A stretch of DNA of 64,000 nucleotides. Origin: a virus. Made by a program: the position numbers and the translations under genes. The DNA lies in IMG/VR virus record IMGVR_UViG_3300047564_001181, positions 31,187-95,186 of that record. One strand, 5' to 3'. A model generated the notes under the pieces. It had not been told where the DNA came from. It did not search any database and saw nothing but the letters and a program-made list of their open reading frames with translations. Numbering within the stretch: the first letter of the stretch is position 1; every line of letters begins with the position of its first letter. Positions 16,993 to 27,069 of the stretch are shown here, in pieces.

Positions 16993-18020
16993 TATATTTT
17001 CCCTTCAATTTCTTTAAGTCTAGGTAGAGCGTACTTGGCAATAACATCTTCCCAATTCCACTCTTTGTGTATTTTGATTGCTTTTGTAGCAGATTCTTTA
17101 AACTCTTCTTCGTGGTTTTGATAAACCTCACGCATTAGTTTTTTAATAGAGTCTTTTCTAGCCATATAAACCTCGCCAAGATATGACTCTTTTAGGTATG
17201 ATGGAATTCGTTCTGGAACTGGAACTAGGTCACTATCAATCTTATGTTTGATATCATCCTTGTACTCAGCCCATTCCCAAGTAGAGATTACTGGCATACC
17301 GCTTGCCATAGCTTCTAATGGCATCATTCCAAATCCTTCGCCCCATGATGGGTAAACTAGGCAGTGTGTATTGTGTAACATCTTAAGATAATCACTAAAT
17401 GACAATGACTCTCTAATTGTAATAATATTCTTGTATAAAGTTTCTGGAGCAACTAAATTTCCATCTTTATCTGGAATTCTAATTGTGTGTCCCTGCGGAT
17501 ATGATTTAATCAGAAGTAGCACATCTTCGTTATCACCAAACTCTTCAATAAATGCTTCTACAGTTACTTGTCCACCTTTACGAATATAGGGTTCTCCTAA
17601 GTGTAGGAAAATAAACTTTCCGTCCTGAAGTTTTCTTTTTGCAGGAATAAACTTTCCAGATACTCCATGCGGAACTACATAAACAGGATTGTTTACTTTA
17701 GCCCTATATACATCTGCAATCCAAGATGATGTTGCCCAAACCTCATCACCTTTATCTAAGCACTTAGCCCATCTCTCACAAAGCTCTGTAGTTTCATGTG
17801 CGGAGTACAAAACATTGTAGGCATTTGCTAACAATATATGATGTTGAGGAACTGCAAATGAAATATTGATTACAGATTCTTGGCTTAATTTTTGAACATC
17901 GTATCCAGCTTCATACAGTTGATTGTATATACTATTACTTGCTGTAGCATAGCCACTATCATTAGTTGAATAGTCAGAGTACATGGTTGCACCAGTGACA
18001 TTAATCTTTACTTTTTCCAT
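16992..18020 (-). CDS. GT-B glycosyltransferase (GT4-like)
   Basis: 'RKG', 'YPSWGEGFGMMPLEAMASGMPVI' (EX7E motif). Confidence 0.9.
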   Translation of the reverse strand: MEKVKINVTGATMYSDYSTNDSGYATASNSIYNQLYEAGYDVQKLSQESVINISFAVPQHHILLANAYNVLYSAHETTELCERWAKCLDKGDEVWATSSWIADVYRAKVNNPVYVVPHGVSGKFIPAKRKLQDGKFIFLHLGEPYIRKGGQVTVEAFIEEFGDNEDVLLLIKSYPQGHTIRIPDKDGNLVAPETLYKNIITIRESLSFSDYLKMLHNTHCLVYPSWGEGFGMMPLEAMASGMPVISTWEWAEYKDDIKHKIDSDLVPVPERIPSYLKESYLGEVYMARKDSIKKLMREVYQNHEEEFKESATKAIKIHKEWNWEDVIAKYALPRLKEIEGKI

Positions 18021-18169
18021 GACCGTTGATTCCTAATCAATCCGTGCTTTTCGAGTGCTCTTTGGATAGTCATGTGACTAACACCAGCCTCTTCAGCCAT
18101 CTCTTTGATGTTCTTTCTTTCGACTACATATCTTTTTTGTAGCCAAACTTTTGACTCATAAAGTTTCAC
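18008..18169 (-). CDS. small HTH protein (53 aa)
   Basis: Manual ORF with GTG start: KLYESKVWL.KRY...KNIKEMAEEAGVSHMTIQRALEKHGL. Confidence 0.7.
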   Translation of the reverse strand: MKLYESKVWLQKRYVVERKNIKEMAEEAGVSHMTIQRALEKHGLIRNQRSWKK

Positions 18170-18729
18170 TATTTTACCCTATTCTTATATACATAATAGG
18201 CAATACCACAAGCATCTCCAACATCGTTATCATCAATATCAATATCATACTTCTTAAAGAAATCCATAGTCTTTTGCTTTCTAATATCTCTAATGCGAGC
18301 TTTAATAAAAGCTTCACCTTTCCCTGGATATTGAGACTTTACTTCTTCCTTCATTGCCTTTGTAAAGTTATTATTTCCAATATATGATTGCCATTGAATT
18401 GGAGTTATTGTAACTACCTCTGTCTTCTTATCTAGTAGATTAGTAAGTAGAGCACCAACTACCATTGCAATCTTTAGACCTGCATCCGCAGATTTTACCA
18501 TAATAGCCTGTTCGATTGCAACATAATCGGGAGAAGTTATTTTTTTTAATGCTTTTGCTTTAGTTCCAGCATCTTTAATCTTGTCATAAATAGTCATTCC
18601 AACAACTGGAAGCTTACCTATTTTAGTAATCTTTCCATCTTCAATCAGACAAAATGCTACTGATGCTGTTGAAGCGTCAATTCCTAGAACTCTTTTTGCG
18701 TTTGTTCTTTTCAATTCCGCTAATGACAT
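18169..18729 (-). CDS. RuvC-like Holliday junction resolvase
   Basis: 'VLGIDAS', 'VAIE', 'DNDVGDA.GIA' acidic RNase H-fold residues. Confidence 0.85.
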   Translation of the reverse strand: MSLAELKRTNAKRVLGIDASTASVAFCLIEDGKITKIGKLPVVGMTIYDKIKDAGTKAKALKKITSPDYVAIEQAIMVKSADAGLKIAMVVGALLTNLLDKKTEVVTITPIQWQSYIGNNNFTKAMKEEVKSQYPGKGEAFIKARIRDIRKQKTMDFFKKYDIDIDDNDVGDACGIAYYVYKNRVK

Positions 18730-18994
18730 TTCTTATATCTCCAATTACTTTTACTGTATCATTTTTTGTATTCTTTGATTCACACCAAGCACAAACCTCT
18801 GACGGGTTATGTTTGCTTAAAATGGTATCGCATTGAATGCATACCCTGTGTTTACCAGCAAGTCTTTCTCTTTTTTCATAGTACTTCTGCATAATCCTTT
18901 TATTAGTTGCAACCCTGCAACATTGATTAGAGCAATACTTTTGATTATGAGTTTTAAACTCAAATTCTTTTCCACACTCTGCACAGATTTTCAT
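18677..18994 (-). CDS. Zn-finger hypothetical protein
   Basis: CxxC...YCSxxC and further CxxC pairs. Confidence 0.7.
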   Translation of the reverse strand: MKICAECGKEFEFKTHNQKYCSNQCCRVATNKRIMQKYYEKRERLAGKHRVCIQCDTILSKHNPSEVCAWCESKNTKNDTVKVIGDIRNVISGIEKNKRKKSSRN

Positions 18995-19779
18995 AGCTTC
19001 CTGACCTGTAGTGGTTCAATCTTGGTACGACCATCTGGAGCCTCCTGACACGCATCAAAAATAGGACAGTACTTACATTGGTAAGAACTCTTTGTATATC
19101 CACGCTTTACATTTTTCTTTTCTTCCCAAGCCTGACGAACTTCACGCATCCAGTCAAAGATGTAGTCTGCATATTCTTGATTGTCTTCTGTCATAAGAAT
19201 TGGGAATGTAGAAATCTCATGTGTGTTTTTATTTTCATAAAGGAAGAAGCCTTCTTGTGCTCCTGTACCCTTCATATAAATAAGAATTTGAACTAGATGT
19301 GACTCGGATGGTGTCTGTGTCATTTTACGAATGTCGTACTGTTCAGACTTAATGGTTTTAATTTCGCCAATGATTTCTTCTCCGTCAACATCCATTACGA
19401 CATCGATAAAGCCACGAATAGGTGGGTCAGAAAGTTTTAATTCTCTTTCTACCTCTTTAACTGTAGCAACCTGAGTTACTTTCTTTAAAGCTTTTTGAAT
19501 GCGGTCATGGCTTGCTGTGCCATTTTCCATAGCAGCCATACCCTCTGCGGTGAATGAGTCTTTCATCACTACACCATTAAATGCAAATTGCCAATATCTA
19601 GGGCAAGTTCCAAAACCATATCCTACTGTAGATGGTGAAAATGAATATTTGGTTTGAACACCATCTCTTTGCTTTCCTTCTAGACTTGCTACCTTTAATT
19701 CTTTTTGTAGCTTCTTATGGTCTATCTTTGTTTCTCTCTTGCGATTCTTTAACGCACTAATATGGTTAGTTGGTGACAT
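18991..19779 (-). CDS. Cas4-like / PD-(D/E)XK exonuclease
   Basis: 'CPR', 'G..H', 'GFID', 'EIKT', 'Q..IY' and C-terminal CxxC-x5-C. Confidence 0.85.
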   Translation of the reverse strand: MSPTNHISALKNRKRETKIDHKKLQKELKVASLEGKQRDGVQTKYSFSPSTVGYGFGTCPRYWQFAFNGVVMKDSFTAEGMAAMENGTASHDRIQKALKKVTQVATVKEVERELKLSDPPIRGFIDVVMDVDGEEIIGEIKTIKSEQYDIRKMTQTPSESHLVQILIYMKGTGAQEGFFLYENKNTHEISTFPILMTEDNQEYADYIFDWMREVRQAWEEKKNVKRGYTKSSYQCKYCPIFDACQEAPDGRTKIEPLQVRKL

Positions 19780-19787
19780 TTCTTCTC

Positions 19788-20114
19788 CTAGTAAATCTTT
19801 GTCGTGTATTTCAATGCTCCTACAAGCTTGTCTATTGTATCAGACATTGTGTAGTAAACATTCTTTTTGGTATGATTTACCGACCCACTTGGACCTTTAG
19901 CCACTGTAGTATACCAAGTCGCTAGAATCTGGAACTTAGCAGACATAGCCTGAAGCTTTGTAATTAATGCAATCGCTTGCATTGCTGGCACATCTGGCTT
20001 TACGAGTAATTTTACAATAATACCCAACGCCTCATCTAAATCCTCATCCTTCATAAACTCATGAAGGTCATTAAACTCTGTAATCTTATTAATCTGGTCA
20101 AGAGTTGTTTCCAT
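19788..20114 (-). CDS. hypothetical protein
   Basis: 108-aa helical ORF in the recombination operon. Confidence 0.7.
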   Translation of the reverse strand: METTLDQINKITEFNDLHEFMKDEDLDEALGIIVKLLVKPDVPAMQAIALITKLQAMSAKFQILATWYTTVAKGPSGSVNHTKKNVYYTMSDTIDKLVGALKYTTKIY

Positions 20115-20403
20115 TTGCTCTCCTTACTAAATCCTCTAACATAGCCCACTCAATTACGGCTAATCTTGTTTTATATTTGTCTCCCAATACAACCATAAGT
20201 GCTGGAGACTTTTCTTTATCTGTTCTAAGGGCATCGGTTACAATCTTTGCCCAATTGTCTTGTGATATAGAATATGACTTTTCATACTCTTTAATATCTA
20301 TTACAAACTCTTCCCAGCTTGCATCACCCTTTTGGTACTGTCCACGCCCAGAGTTCTTATGTGCCTTAGCACCAATCTTTTTAATCTCTCCACGCTCACT
20401 CAT
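20098..20403 (-). CDS. small PD-(D/E)XK nuclease (Hjc-like resolvase)
   Basis: 'SE..E......NSG.....KGD......DIKE' pattern; start set at MSER. Confidence 0.65.
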   Translation of the reverse strand: MSERGEIKKIGAKAHKNSGRGQYQKGDASWEEFVIDIKEYEKSYSISQDNWAKIVTDALRTDKEKSPALMVVLGDKYKTRLAVIEWAMLEDLVRRANGNNS

Positions 20404-20588
20404 AACTTTCCTTCCGATTGATGATTGCTGCTGCACTTCCAAATAAGTTTTCTTTTTTCTTCATTTAATCTAGCAGACTTTACAGTTTCAGAGCATTCCT
20501 GACACATGAATGTTCCAGAGATTTCAATATACTCCTCAACATCCTCTTCTGTATTTTCTTTATTAAGAAAATCTTTAGGGTTTATCAT
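20400..20588 (-). CDS. small Zn-ribbon protein
   Basis: CQEC ... WKCSSNH. Confidence 0.65.
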   Translation of the reverse strand: MINPKDFLNKENTEEDVEEYIEISGTFMCQECSETVKSARLNEEKRKLIWKCSSNHQSEGKL

Positions 20589-21592
20589 ACCTTTTCGTAT
20601 ACCAAAATCTTTAGTTTGTCAAACATTTCTTTGTTTTCACGAACCATATCTACTACCTTAGCACGACCCTGAACACGCTCTCCTAGAACTGTGTACCAAG
20701 CTCCACCTCGTTCGATTACACCCATCATTTCAGCTGTATCTACTAGGTCTGCAACCTCGTCTACACCAACATGCTCACCCTGGAAGTAGAAGTCGTACGA
20801 GCCTGTAATAAATTGTGGACCAGTCTTGTTATAGTCAATTGTCCAGTTTACAGGACGACCAACCTTTTGCTCAATTAACTTATCACCGACTGCAACTTTA
20901 TCCTTGATAGAGTTTGCCTCAGCTTCTGATGACCAGAGCTTTACAATTGTTGAGCTAAAGAACTTAACAGCCATACCACCTGTTGGGATATGAGTAGCAT
21001 GCATAGAGCCAAACTGGTTACGCTGCTGTGAGATAAGAACCAACAATGTATTCTTATTTGCATAGTTAAGCATCTTAACTGCGTGAGTCATATCTTTTGC
21101 TTCTGCACCAATCTGCTTTGTGTCTTGAAGGTGCTTTAGTTCTTCTCCATCTTTTTCAAAATAGATTGCGGGTAGCAATGCTGAGATTGAGTCAACTACT
21201 ATTAAGTCGACTCCTGCGTTCATAAGTTGAACACCAATATCAACCATGTCGTTGATAGTCTTAACTGGAGAATAGATTAGCTTAGATGAATCTACACCTA
21301 GTTTTTCTGCCCACTCCTGTGAGTAAGACTGCTCAGCGTCAATCCAAGCACATACCTTACCTAACTTCTGTGCCTCAGCAATCATCTGAAGACAGAAGGA
21401 TGACTTACCTGCTGATTTATTTCCCCAGATAAGAACCTGTCGCCCATAGGCGAATCCACCTTTTAGTCCAACATTTAGACTAAGGCTTGGCGTTGCCTGT
21501 TTTTCGATTTCGACCTCTGTTGCCGACTGAACCCTTTGTCTTGTCTTTGGGTCTAGTCTGGACAGGATGTCCTCTATAGTTATCTCGCTCAT
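20585..21592 (-). CDS. recA: RecA-like recombinase
   Basis: 'GNKSAGKS', 'WIDAE', 'IVVDSISAL', 'TGG.AVKF.S', 'GAWY....QG'. Confidence 0.95.
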   Translation of the reverse strand: MSEITIEDILSRLDPKTRQRVQSATEVEIEKQATPSLSLNVGLKGGFAYGRQVLIWGNKSAGKSSFCLQMIAEAQKLGKVCAWIDAEQSYSQEWAEKLGVDSSKLIYSPVKTINDMVDIGVQLMNAGVDLIVVDSISALLPAIYFEKDGEELKHLQDTKQIGAEAKDMTHAVKMLNYANKNTLLVLISQQRNQFGSMHATHIPTGGMAVKFFSSTIVKLWSSEAEANSIKDKVAVGDKLIEQKVGRPVNWTIDYNKTGPQFITGSYDFYFQGEHVGVDEVADLVDTAEMMGVIERGGAWYTVLGERVQGRAKVVDMVRENKEMFDKLKILVYEKV

Positions 21593-21764
21593 AAAAGTGA
21601 TTCTCCAATATTTCTGCTAATTGCCGTATGTCATCATTTCTCATTGATGAAAGTTTTTTAATTATTGAGAAGATTAAATCTTCATCGTGGCTCTTGATTA
21701 CCATTAGGTATTCTCCCTCTGAGCCTTCTAGGAAATACCCAGAGATATTATCCTTTGACACCAT
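21480..21764 (-). CDS. hypothetical protein
   Basis: Fills the mazG-recA gap; the 3' part overlaps the recA start. Confidence 0.55.
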   Translation of the reverse strand: MVSKDNISGYFLEGSEGEYLMVIKSHDEDLIFSIIKKLSSMRNDDIRQLAEILENHFYERDNYRGHPVQTRPKDKTKGSVGNRGRNRKTGNAKP

Positions 21765-22092
21765 GGAGATATGGTCTTTCTCTATTCTTGTTTATCTTTT
21801 CTACAAAGACTTCCTCAAGAGAAGATGTAGTTACTCCATTTGCATCGAGTCCAGCCCATAGGTCAAGAACACGGACAAGAATGTCTGCTAGTTCTTCAAC
21901 TACTTCTCTTTCTCCCTTGTCCTTGCGAAGTGCTTCTAATACCTCTGTGGCTTCTGAGTGAATCATTGCAATTTGCTTTGCATAAAATACAAAGGCATCC
22001 TGCTCTTGAATTCTTTTAGTTGGTTCCCAAAAACCTTTATCTTGTGCTGTTCTGTGTAAATCTTTTGCGAGTAAGTCAAAACTTACATTCAT
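21748..22092 (-). CDS. MazG-like nucleotide pyrophosphohydrolase
   Basis: 'HSEATEVLEA.RK......EELAD...R..D' and 'KN.ER...HG'. Confidence 0.88.
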   Translation of the reverse strand: MNVSFDLLAKDLHRTAQDKGFWEPTKRIQEQDAFVFYAKQIAMIHSEATEVLEALRKDKGEREVVEELADILVRVLDLWAGLDANGVTTSSLEEVFVEKINKNRERPYLHGVKG

Positions 22093-25000
22093 CGTACAAA
22101 CTCCTTAATTGTTAGTGTTCCAGTTCTAGTTTCTTGCAATACTGGCTTACAGCGAGTTCCTGGCTTGGCATTTACCAAAGCATTTGAATACATACCAGAG
22201 AACACAGTAGTTGCAAATAATTCTTTATCATTATTAGCGAAGATGATATTTCCCATCTTATCGCCTTTCTTTGTTTTTCTACCAGAGAATGATACCACAT
22301 ACATTTCATCATCGATTAAATTAAGATTCTTCGCTGCAAGGAACTTGGTAAACGGAGTATCCGCTTTCTTAATTTCATCTGTGGTTGCATACTCTGCAAT
22401 TCTATTATCTCCTACTAGAATAAGATACTGCTTACCTGTTTCAATTTCAGTATCTTGCTTATCAAAGACACCGACAGCACCAGTCTTATCTACTAGCTCA
22501 ACACGAGACCATCCATCTCCACGCTTAATTGACTTAACCATAGCCATAACTAAGAATGAACCTATTTCTTCATATTCTTCTAATGGCTTAATAAAGGCTT
22601 CCATCCATCTAGGCAAATCATTAACAAACTCTGGAATGTTTAACATCTCATAGTAGTTCTCCGACTCTTTTCCTGTTCGCTGATTATCATCAAACGCTGC
22701 ACCACCAATCTTATTTAGTGATTCAACTGCACGAGCATTGATGCCAGAACCCTTCTCACGAGTTACCTTACGGAAGTGTTCATATGAAATATATGGTCTA
22801 CGCTTAATAATTGCATTAGCAATGTTTTCAGAAATATACTTAACATTTCCAAGACCAAATCTAATAGCATCACCTTCAAGAGTGAAGTCAATTCCGCCTT
22901 CATTAATGTGTGGCAAGCGAATCTTGATACCCATACGCTTTGCTTCGATTAGATATTCTGTACGAGTATCTTTATCTTTTTCGTTGCGTAAAAGAGAGTA
23001 CATAAACTCTACAGGATAGTAACGCTTGAGCCAAGCGGTCCAGTAAGAAAGCATAGAGTAAGCAACTGCATGTGACTTATTAAATGAATAACCTGCGTGT
23101 GCTTCGAAGTCGTGCCAGAGCTTTTGAGCATCGTGAGCATCGATATGCTTACTTGCACCCTTGATGAACTCATCCTTGTACTTATCAAATTCACGAGCAT
23201 CTTTTTTCTTACCAATAATCTTACGAACTTTATCTGCTTCTGCCATTGTCATTCCACCTAGCTTTACGCAAGCGAGCATAACTTGTTCTTGATACAGAAT
23301 ACATCCATAAGTATCTTTAGTAAACTCTTCAACAATTGGGTGAACATAGTTAACCTTTTGCTTACCCTTTTTACGCTTAATATAATCAGCACCAATGGTA
23401 TTCATAGCACCAGGTCGAACAAGGGCGTTAGAGGCTGCCAATTCGTTAAAGTTGCTTACCCCCATCTTTATCAGCAGGTTAGTGTACGGCACTGTTTCCG
23501 CTTGGAATACACCCTTTGTGTGTCCAGCCGTTAGGTCTAGATACACCTCTGGGTCGGCTAAATCCAATTCTGAGAGGTCAATCTCCTTGTTGTGGCGTAA
23601 TTTAATGCTGTCCAGAGTGTCGTGGATTACAGCAAGGGTTTTAAGCCCTAGAGCATCAATCTTAATGAGACCAATCTCTGCAGCCTTTTCCATATCTACA
23701 GCCACTACAGGAATACGGTCATCCCCTTGGGTATCCTTACGAGTCTCCATTGGGGCAAACTTGTAAATGTCATCCTTAGCAGTTACGATACCTGCGGCAT
23801 GCATACCAGTGCCACGAATACGACCACGAAGGCGGTCTGCATAGAAAACAATCTCTGGATACTTCTGCCTAAATTCTGCCGTATTTTTACTTGTAATAAA
23901 GTCTTCCCAAGTCTCAACTTGCTTGAGTGCTTTGTTTACTTCTGATAATGGAACATGGAACGCACGAGCAACATCTCGAACAACACCTTTGTCCTTGAAT
24001 GTAAGAAATGTAGCAATTGAGGCAACATGTCCATACTTGCTAGTTAAATATTCTTTAACCTCACTTCTTCGGCGGTCTTCATAGTCTGTATCAATATCGG
24101 GAAAGTCGTTACGCTCAGGGTTAATGAATCGGAAGAATAGTAATCCATATTTAATTGGGTCTACTTCTGTAATTCCCAACGCATAACAAACCAAAGAGCC
24201 AGCAGCAGAACCACGACCAGGACCAACAAGAATTTGATTACTCTTAGACCAGTTAATCATGTCTGCAACAACAAGGAAGTATGAACTAAAGTTTTTGTCT
24301 TTAATAATTTCTAACTCATCATACAGACGCTTTTTGTATTCTTCATTTACTGCCAGACCTTTTCTTACAAGCCCAGAGTATGCGAGTTTTTCCAGCTCTG
24401 CATGTGGGTCGCTATATTGGGCTGGTAGAAGGTCTAGGTCTTTCTTTTCTGTGTACGAGCCAATCTTGTCACTAATTGCAACAGAGTTTTCGTATAGGTC
24501 TGGTCTATCAATTCCCTGCTCCTCCATTTTGGATTTAACATCATTGATACCAGAAAGATAAATATCTAGTTCTGAGAACGACATCTGACGGTCTCCATAT
24601 AGGTAGTCGAGCCTCTGCATAACATCTTTAATCTTGGTGCTTCCATCGTAAGTTGCTTCCTTACGAATGTTTGGGTGTGTACCCAAGATAAGCATGATTT
24701 CTTCTGCTACTCTATCCTTTGGGTCTGCGTAGTGGCAGTCAAGAGTTACTGTGCTCTTTACACCCATCTCATCTGCTAACTTAAGCAATGAGTGATTAAG
24801 CTCGGCAGGATTGTGTGGCTGAAGTTCCATATAGAAGTCATCGCCAAAAACTTGTTTAAACCAATCGGTATACGATTTAGCAGCAGACATATTGCCATTC
24901 TCAATAGCCTTTGCAATAATACCGTTCATACATCCAGATAGCACAACAAGACCACTTGAGTGCTTTTCTAGGATATCAAAGTCCATACGAGGCTTCATGA

Positions 25001-25349
25001 AGAATCCATCGTTCCAAGCACTTTCCGACAACTTGCCAAGGTTTTCTAGCCCCTTATCGTCTTTTGCAAGAACAATTAAGTGGTTATAAATTTGGTCTTC
25101 TGCTTGTCGGTCTTTCTTTGCTCGCTTATCAAATCTATCATTTGTAAAGTATGCCTCAATACCGAGGATTGGCTTTACTCCTGTTTCTTTTGCTGCAGCA
25201 AGCATATCCATATGACCAGATAGAGTTCCGTGGTCGGTAATAGACAACGCAGTCATATCTAGCTCTTTTGCTCGTTGCATTAACTCTAGTGGCGATGAAA
25301 AGCCATCTAGTAAACTGTAATAAGAATGTGAATGGTGGTTATGAAACAT
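22089..25349 (-). CDS. dnaE: DNA polymerase III alpha subunit
   Basis: PHP domain 'H.HS.YSLLDG' and 'TDHG'; 'GPGRGSAAGSL'; 'PDIDTD'; 'Y.FNKSHA.AY'. Confidence 0.97.
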   Translation of the reverse strand: MFHNHHSHSYYSLLDGFSSPLELMQRAKELDMTALSITDHGTLSGHMDMLAAAKETGVKPILGIEAYFTNDRFDKRAKKDRQAEDQIYNHLIVLAKDDKGLENLGKLSESAWNDGFFMKPRMDFDILEKHSSGLVVLSGCMNGIIAKAIENGNMSAAKSYTDWFKQVFGDDFYMELQPHNPAELNHSLLKLADEMGVKSTVTLDCHYADPKDRVAEEIMLILGTHPNIRKEATYDGSTKIKDVMQRLDYLYGDRQMSFSELDIYLSGINDVKSKMEEQGIDRPDLYENSVAISDKIGSYTEKKDLDLLPAQYSDPHAELEKLAYSGLVRKGLAVNEEYKKRLYDELEIIKDKNFSSYFLVVADMINWSKSNQILVGPGRGSAAGSLVCYALGITEVDPIKYGLLFFRFINPERNDFPDIDTDYEDRRRSEVKEYLTSKYGHVASIATFLTFKDKGVVRDVARAFHVPLSEVNKALKQVETWEDFITSKNTAEFRQKYPEIVFYADRLRGRIRGTGMHAAGIVTAKDDIYKFAPMETRKDTQGDDRIPVVAVDMEKAAEIGLIKIDALGLKTLAVIHDTLDSIKLRHNKEIDLSELDLADPEVYLDLTAGHTKGVFQAETVPYTNLLIKMGVSNFNELAASNALVRPGAMNTIGADYIKRKKGKQKVNYVHPIVEEFTKDTYGCILYQEQVMLACVKLGGMTMAEADKVRKIIGKKKDAREFDKYKDEFIKGASKHIDAHDAQKLWHDFEAHAGYSFNKSHAVAYSMLSYWTAWLKRYYPVEFMYSLLRNEKDKDTRTEYLIEAKRMGIKIRLPHINEGGIDFTLEGDAIRFGLGNVKYISENIANAIIKRRPYISYEHFRKVTREKGSGINARAVESLNKIGGAAFDDNQRTGKESENYYEMLNIPEFVNDLPRWMEAFIKPLEEYEEIGSFLVMAMVKSIKRGDGWSRVELVDKTGAVGVFDKQDTEIETGKQYLILVGDNRIAEYATTDEIKKADTPFTKFLAAKNLNLIDDEMYVVSFSGRKTKKGDKMGNIIFANNDKELFATTVFSGMYSNALVNAKPGTRCKPVLQETRTGTLTIKEFVR

Positions 25350-25365
25350 TTTTCTCCAATAATAT

Positions 25366-25410
25366 GTAAGGACAGTAGGAATTATATCCTACTGCCCCTA
25401 CCTTTGTCAA
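25366..25410 (-). promoter_or_regulatory. dnaE promoter embedded in a hairpin downstream of the SSB gene
   Basis: TTGACA-N18-TATAAT; the TATAAT is the loop of a 15-bp stem (25366-25401). Confidence 0.8.
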
Positions 25411-26061
25411 TTACCAATCCAAAGAAGTTGAGGCAGAGGAATCGACATCTAGACCCATGTAAAAATTCTCTTGGTCTGTGTATGCAACCTGACGAGTAGC
25501 AACCTTCATCAAATCAAATGGTTCAACACCACTGAAGTCGAAAGCGTTTTCATCAATAGCACCTGGAATCAAAACATAGTTTGTTTGTGTTCCAGTTCCA
25601 TTACGGCGAAGTGACCAAACAAGATTGGTAATAGAACCAGTCTCATCATCGTAGTCACTGATAGTGTTTGTTGTAGTTGACTTTGGACCAACTCCCTGTG
25701 ACCAGATTGCCACATAATTTTCTTCATTGTCATATACATAGACATTGGTGTAGAAACGGAGCTTAGCCTTCCAGCCAGCCTTTGGGTCTTTACGATTTTG
25801 TTCGCAGCCATAGCAACGACCTTCATCATCCATAGAGCACAATGCTTTACGGCGATAATCTTTAGGGTTGGTATGTTCTGCAACTACGATAGCCTGACCT
25901 AGCTTCTCGTTATAGTTCTTTGAATCGGCACTAAGTTCGTTTACAAAACGAAGTTTGACCTTTTGTCCATCGTCTAGTTTTAGCCAACGACCTTTTGGAC
26001 CTTCTGATGCTCTAGCATCAATTTCATTTTTTGCTTGCTTAAGCGATTTGACAATTGCCAT
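25411..26061 (-). CDS. single-stranded DNA-binding protein (gp32-like)
   Basis: 'WLKL.DG....LRF', H...C...CxxC Zn site, 'R.G.G..T.Y', acidic tail ending in W; lies between primase and polymerase. Confidence 0.75.
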   Translation of the reverse strand: MAIVKSLKQAKNEIDARASEGPKGRWLKLDDGQKVKLRFVNELSADSKNYNEKLGQAIVVAEHTNPKDYRRKALCSMDDEGRCYGCEQNRKDPKAGWKAKLRFYTNVYVYDNEENYVAIWSQGVGPKSTTTNTISDYDDETGSITNLVWSLRRNGTGTQTNYVLIPGAIDENAFDFSGVEPFDLMKVATRQVAYTDQENFYMGLDVDSSASTSLDW

Positions 26062-26118
26062 TATATTTCTTCTTTCTAAATAGTTGAACCTATAGGTGGT
26101 TCGTGTAGGATAAGTATA

Positions 26119-27069
26119 TCAGAGTTGGAACAATAAGTCAAGTGTTTTATTGTCCATAGCATCAAGGATTTCTTGCTTGGTCATGTCCCCAATGTCTTTC
26201 TTGCCTTCTGGAATATTAATTAAACTAATATCTCTAGACTTAATGTTGTCCATAATTTTCTTTACGAAGGTCTGCCCAGCATCATCGGAATCTGGGGCAA
26301 GGATAATTTTAGTTGCATACTTTTCAAGTAACTTAATCTGCTCTCTGCTTACATTAGCACCTAAAGTTGCAACAGCATTTAAGCCCATTTGATGTAACTT
26401 AATTGCATCGAATGATGATTCTACAACTATAATCTCTTCAAACTTGCATCTGTTGAGATTAAACAAAACTTTAGAGCGTGGCATATTAGTAGAGTTTTTA
26501 AATGATTTGCCTTCCACAGAACGAGCAACAAATCCAACATACATTCCGTTATCTGCCTGAACAGGAACAGTAACCATATCTTGATTTGTAGAATATCCAA
26601 GTTTAAATGTTTCTACAGACTCCGCAGTAATTCCACGACCTTGCCAATACTCTTTTGCTCTTTCAGAAGATGTACATTCGCTGTGTAATTTTTTAATTAA
26701 CTCTATATCGAATGGTTCTATCTCTTTGCTATTACTAATAGTATTAACAATTTGGTCGGTAAAGTTTATTTCTTTTGCAGCATTACTAATAATTCTGCTT
26801 GCTTCAAAGTATGAACGCTTTGTTGTTTTCATCACAAAGTCCAATAGAGTGCCATTCTCCTGACATGAAAAACAAATAAAGAGTCCTTTCTCTTTATCTA
26901 CTTCACAGGCTGGGGTATTTCTATTATTGTGAAATGGGCAGAAAATTAGGAAGTGGCTGTCTAGCTCTGACCCGATTGTGATGCCACACTGGGCGAGGAT
27001 TTCTTTGACTTGCCCTGCTGAGTAGGACTCATTAGTATCAGCTTTGTTCCAATTACGGCTTGATAACAT
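26119..27069 (-). CDS. DNA primase (CHC2 Zn finger + TOPRIM)
   Basis: 'CPFH...TP......CFSC', 'VES.FD', 'DSDDAG'. Confidence 0.92.
   Translation of the reverse strand: MLSSRNWNKADTNESYSAGQVKEILAQCGITIGSELDSHFLIFCPFHNNRNTPACEVDKEKGLFICFSCQENGTLLDFVMKTTKRSYFEASRIISNAAKEINFTDQIVNTISNSKEIEPFDIELIKKLHSECTSSERAKEYWQGRGITAESVETFKLGYSTNQDMVTVPVQADNGMYVGFVARSVEGKSFKNSTNMPRSKVLFNLNRCKFEEIIVVESSFDAIKLHQMGLNAVATLGANVSREQIKLLEKYATKIILAPDSDDAGQTFVKKIMDNIKSRDISLINIPEGKKDIGDMTKQEILDAMDNKTLDLLFQL

Noticed and set aside
18991-19779. Cas4-like gene as evidence of a CRISPR system
   Set aside because: No repeat-spacer array or other cas genes seen; solo Cas4-like nucleases are common in phage recombination modules.
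22165-25089. Multiple plus-strand ORFs across dnaE (likewise across TMP, terminase and nrdJ)
   Set aside because: Antisense to strongly conserved genes, with no recognisable motifs.
22089-25349. Inteins or introns in dnaE, nrdJ, terminase, helicase or recA
   Set aside because: Lengths are ordinary, reading frames are continuous, and no intein splice-junction motifs were seen.
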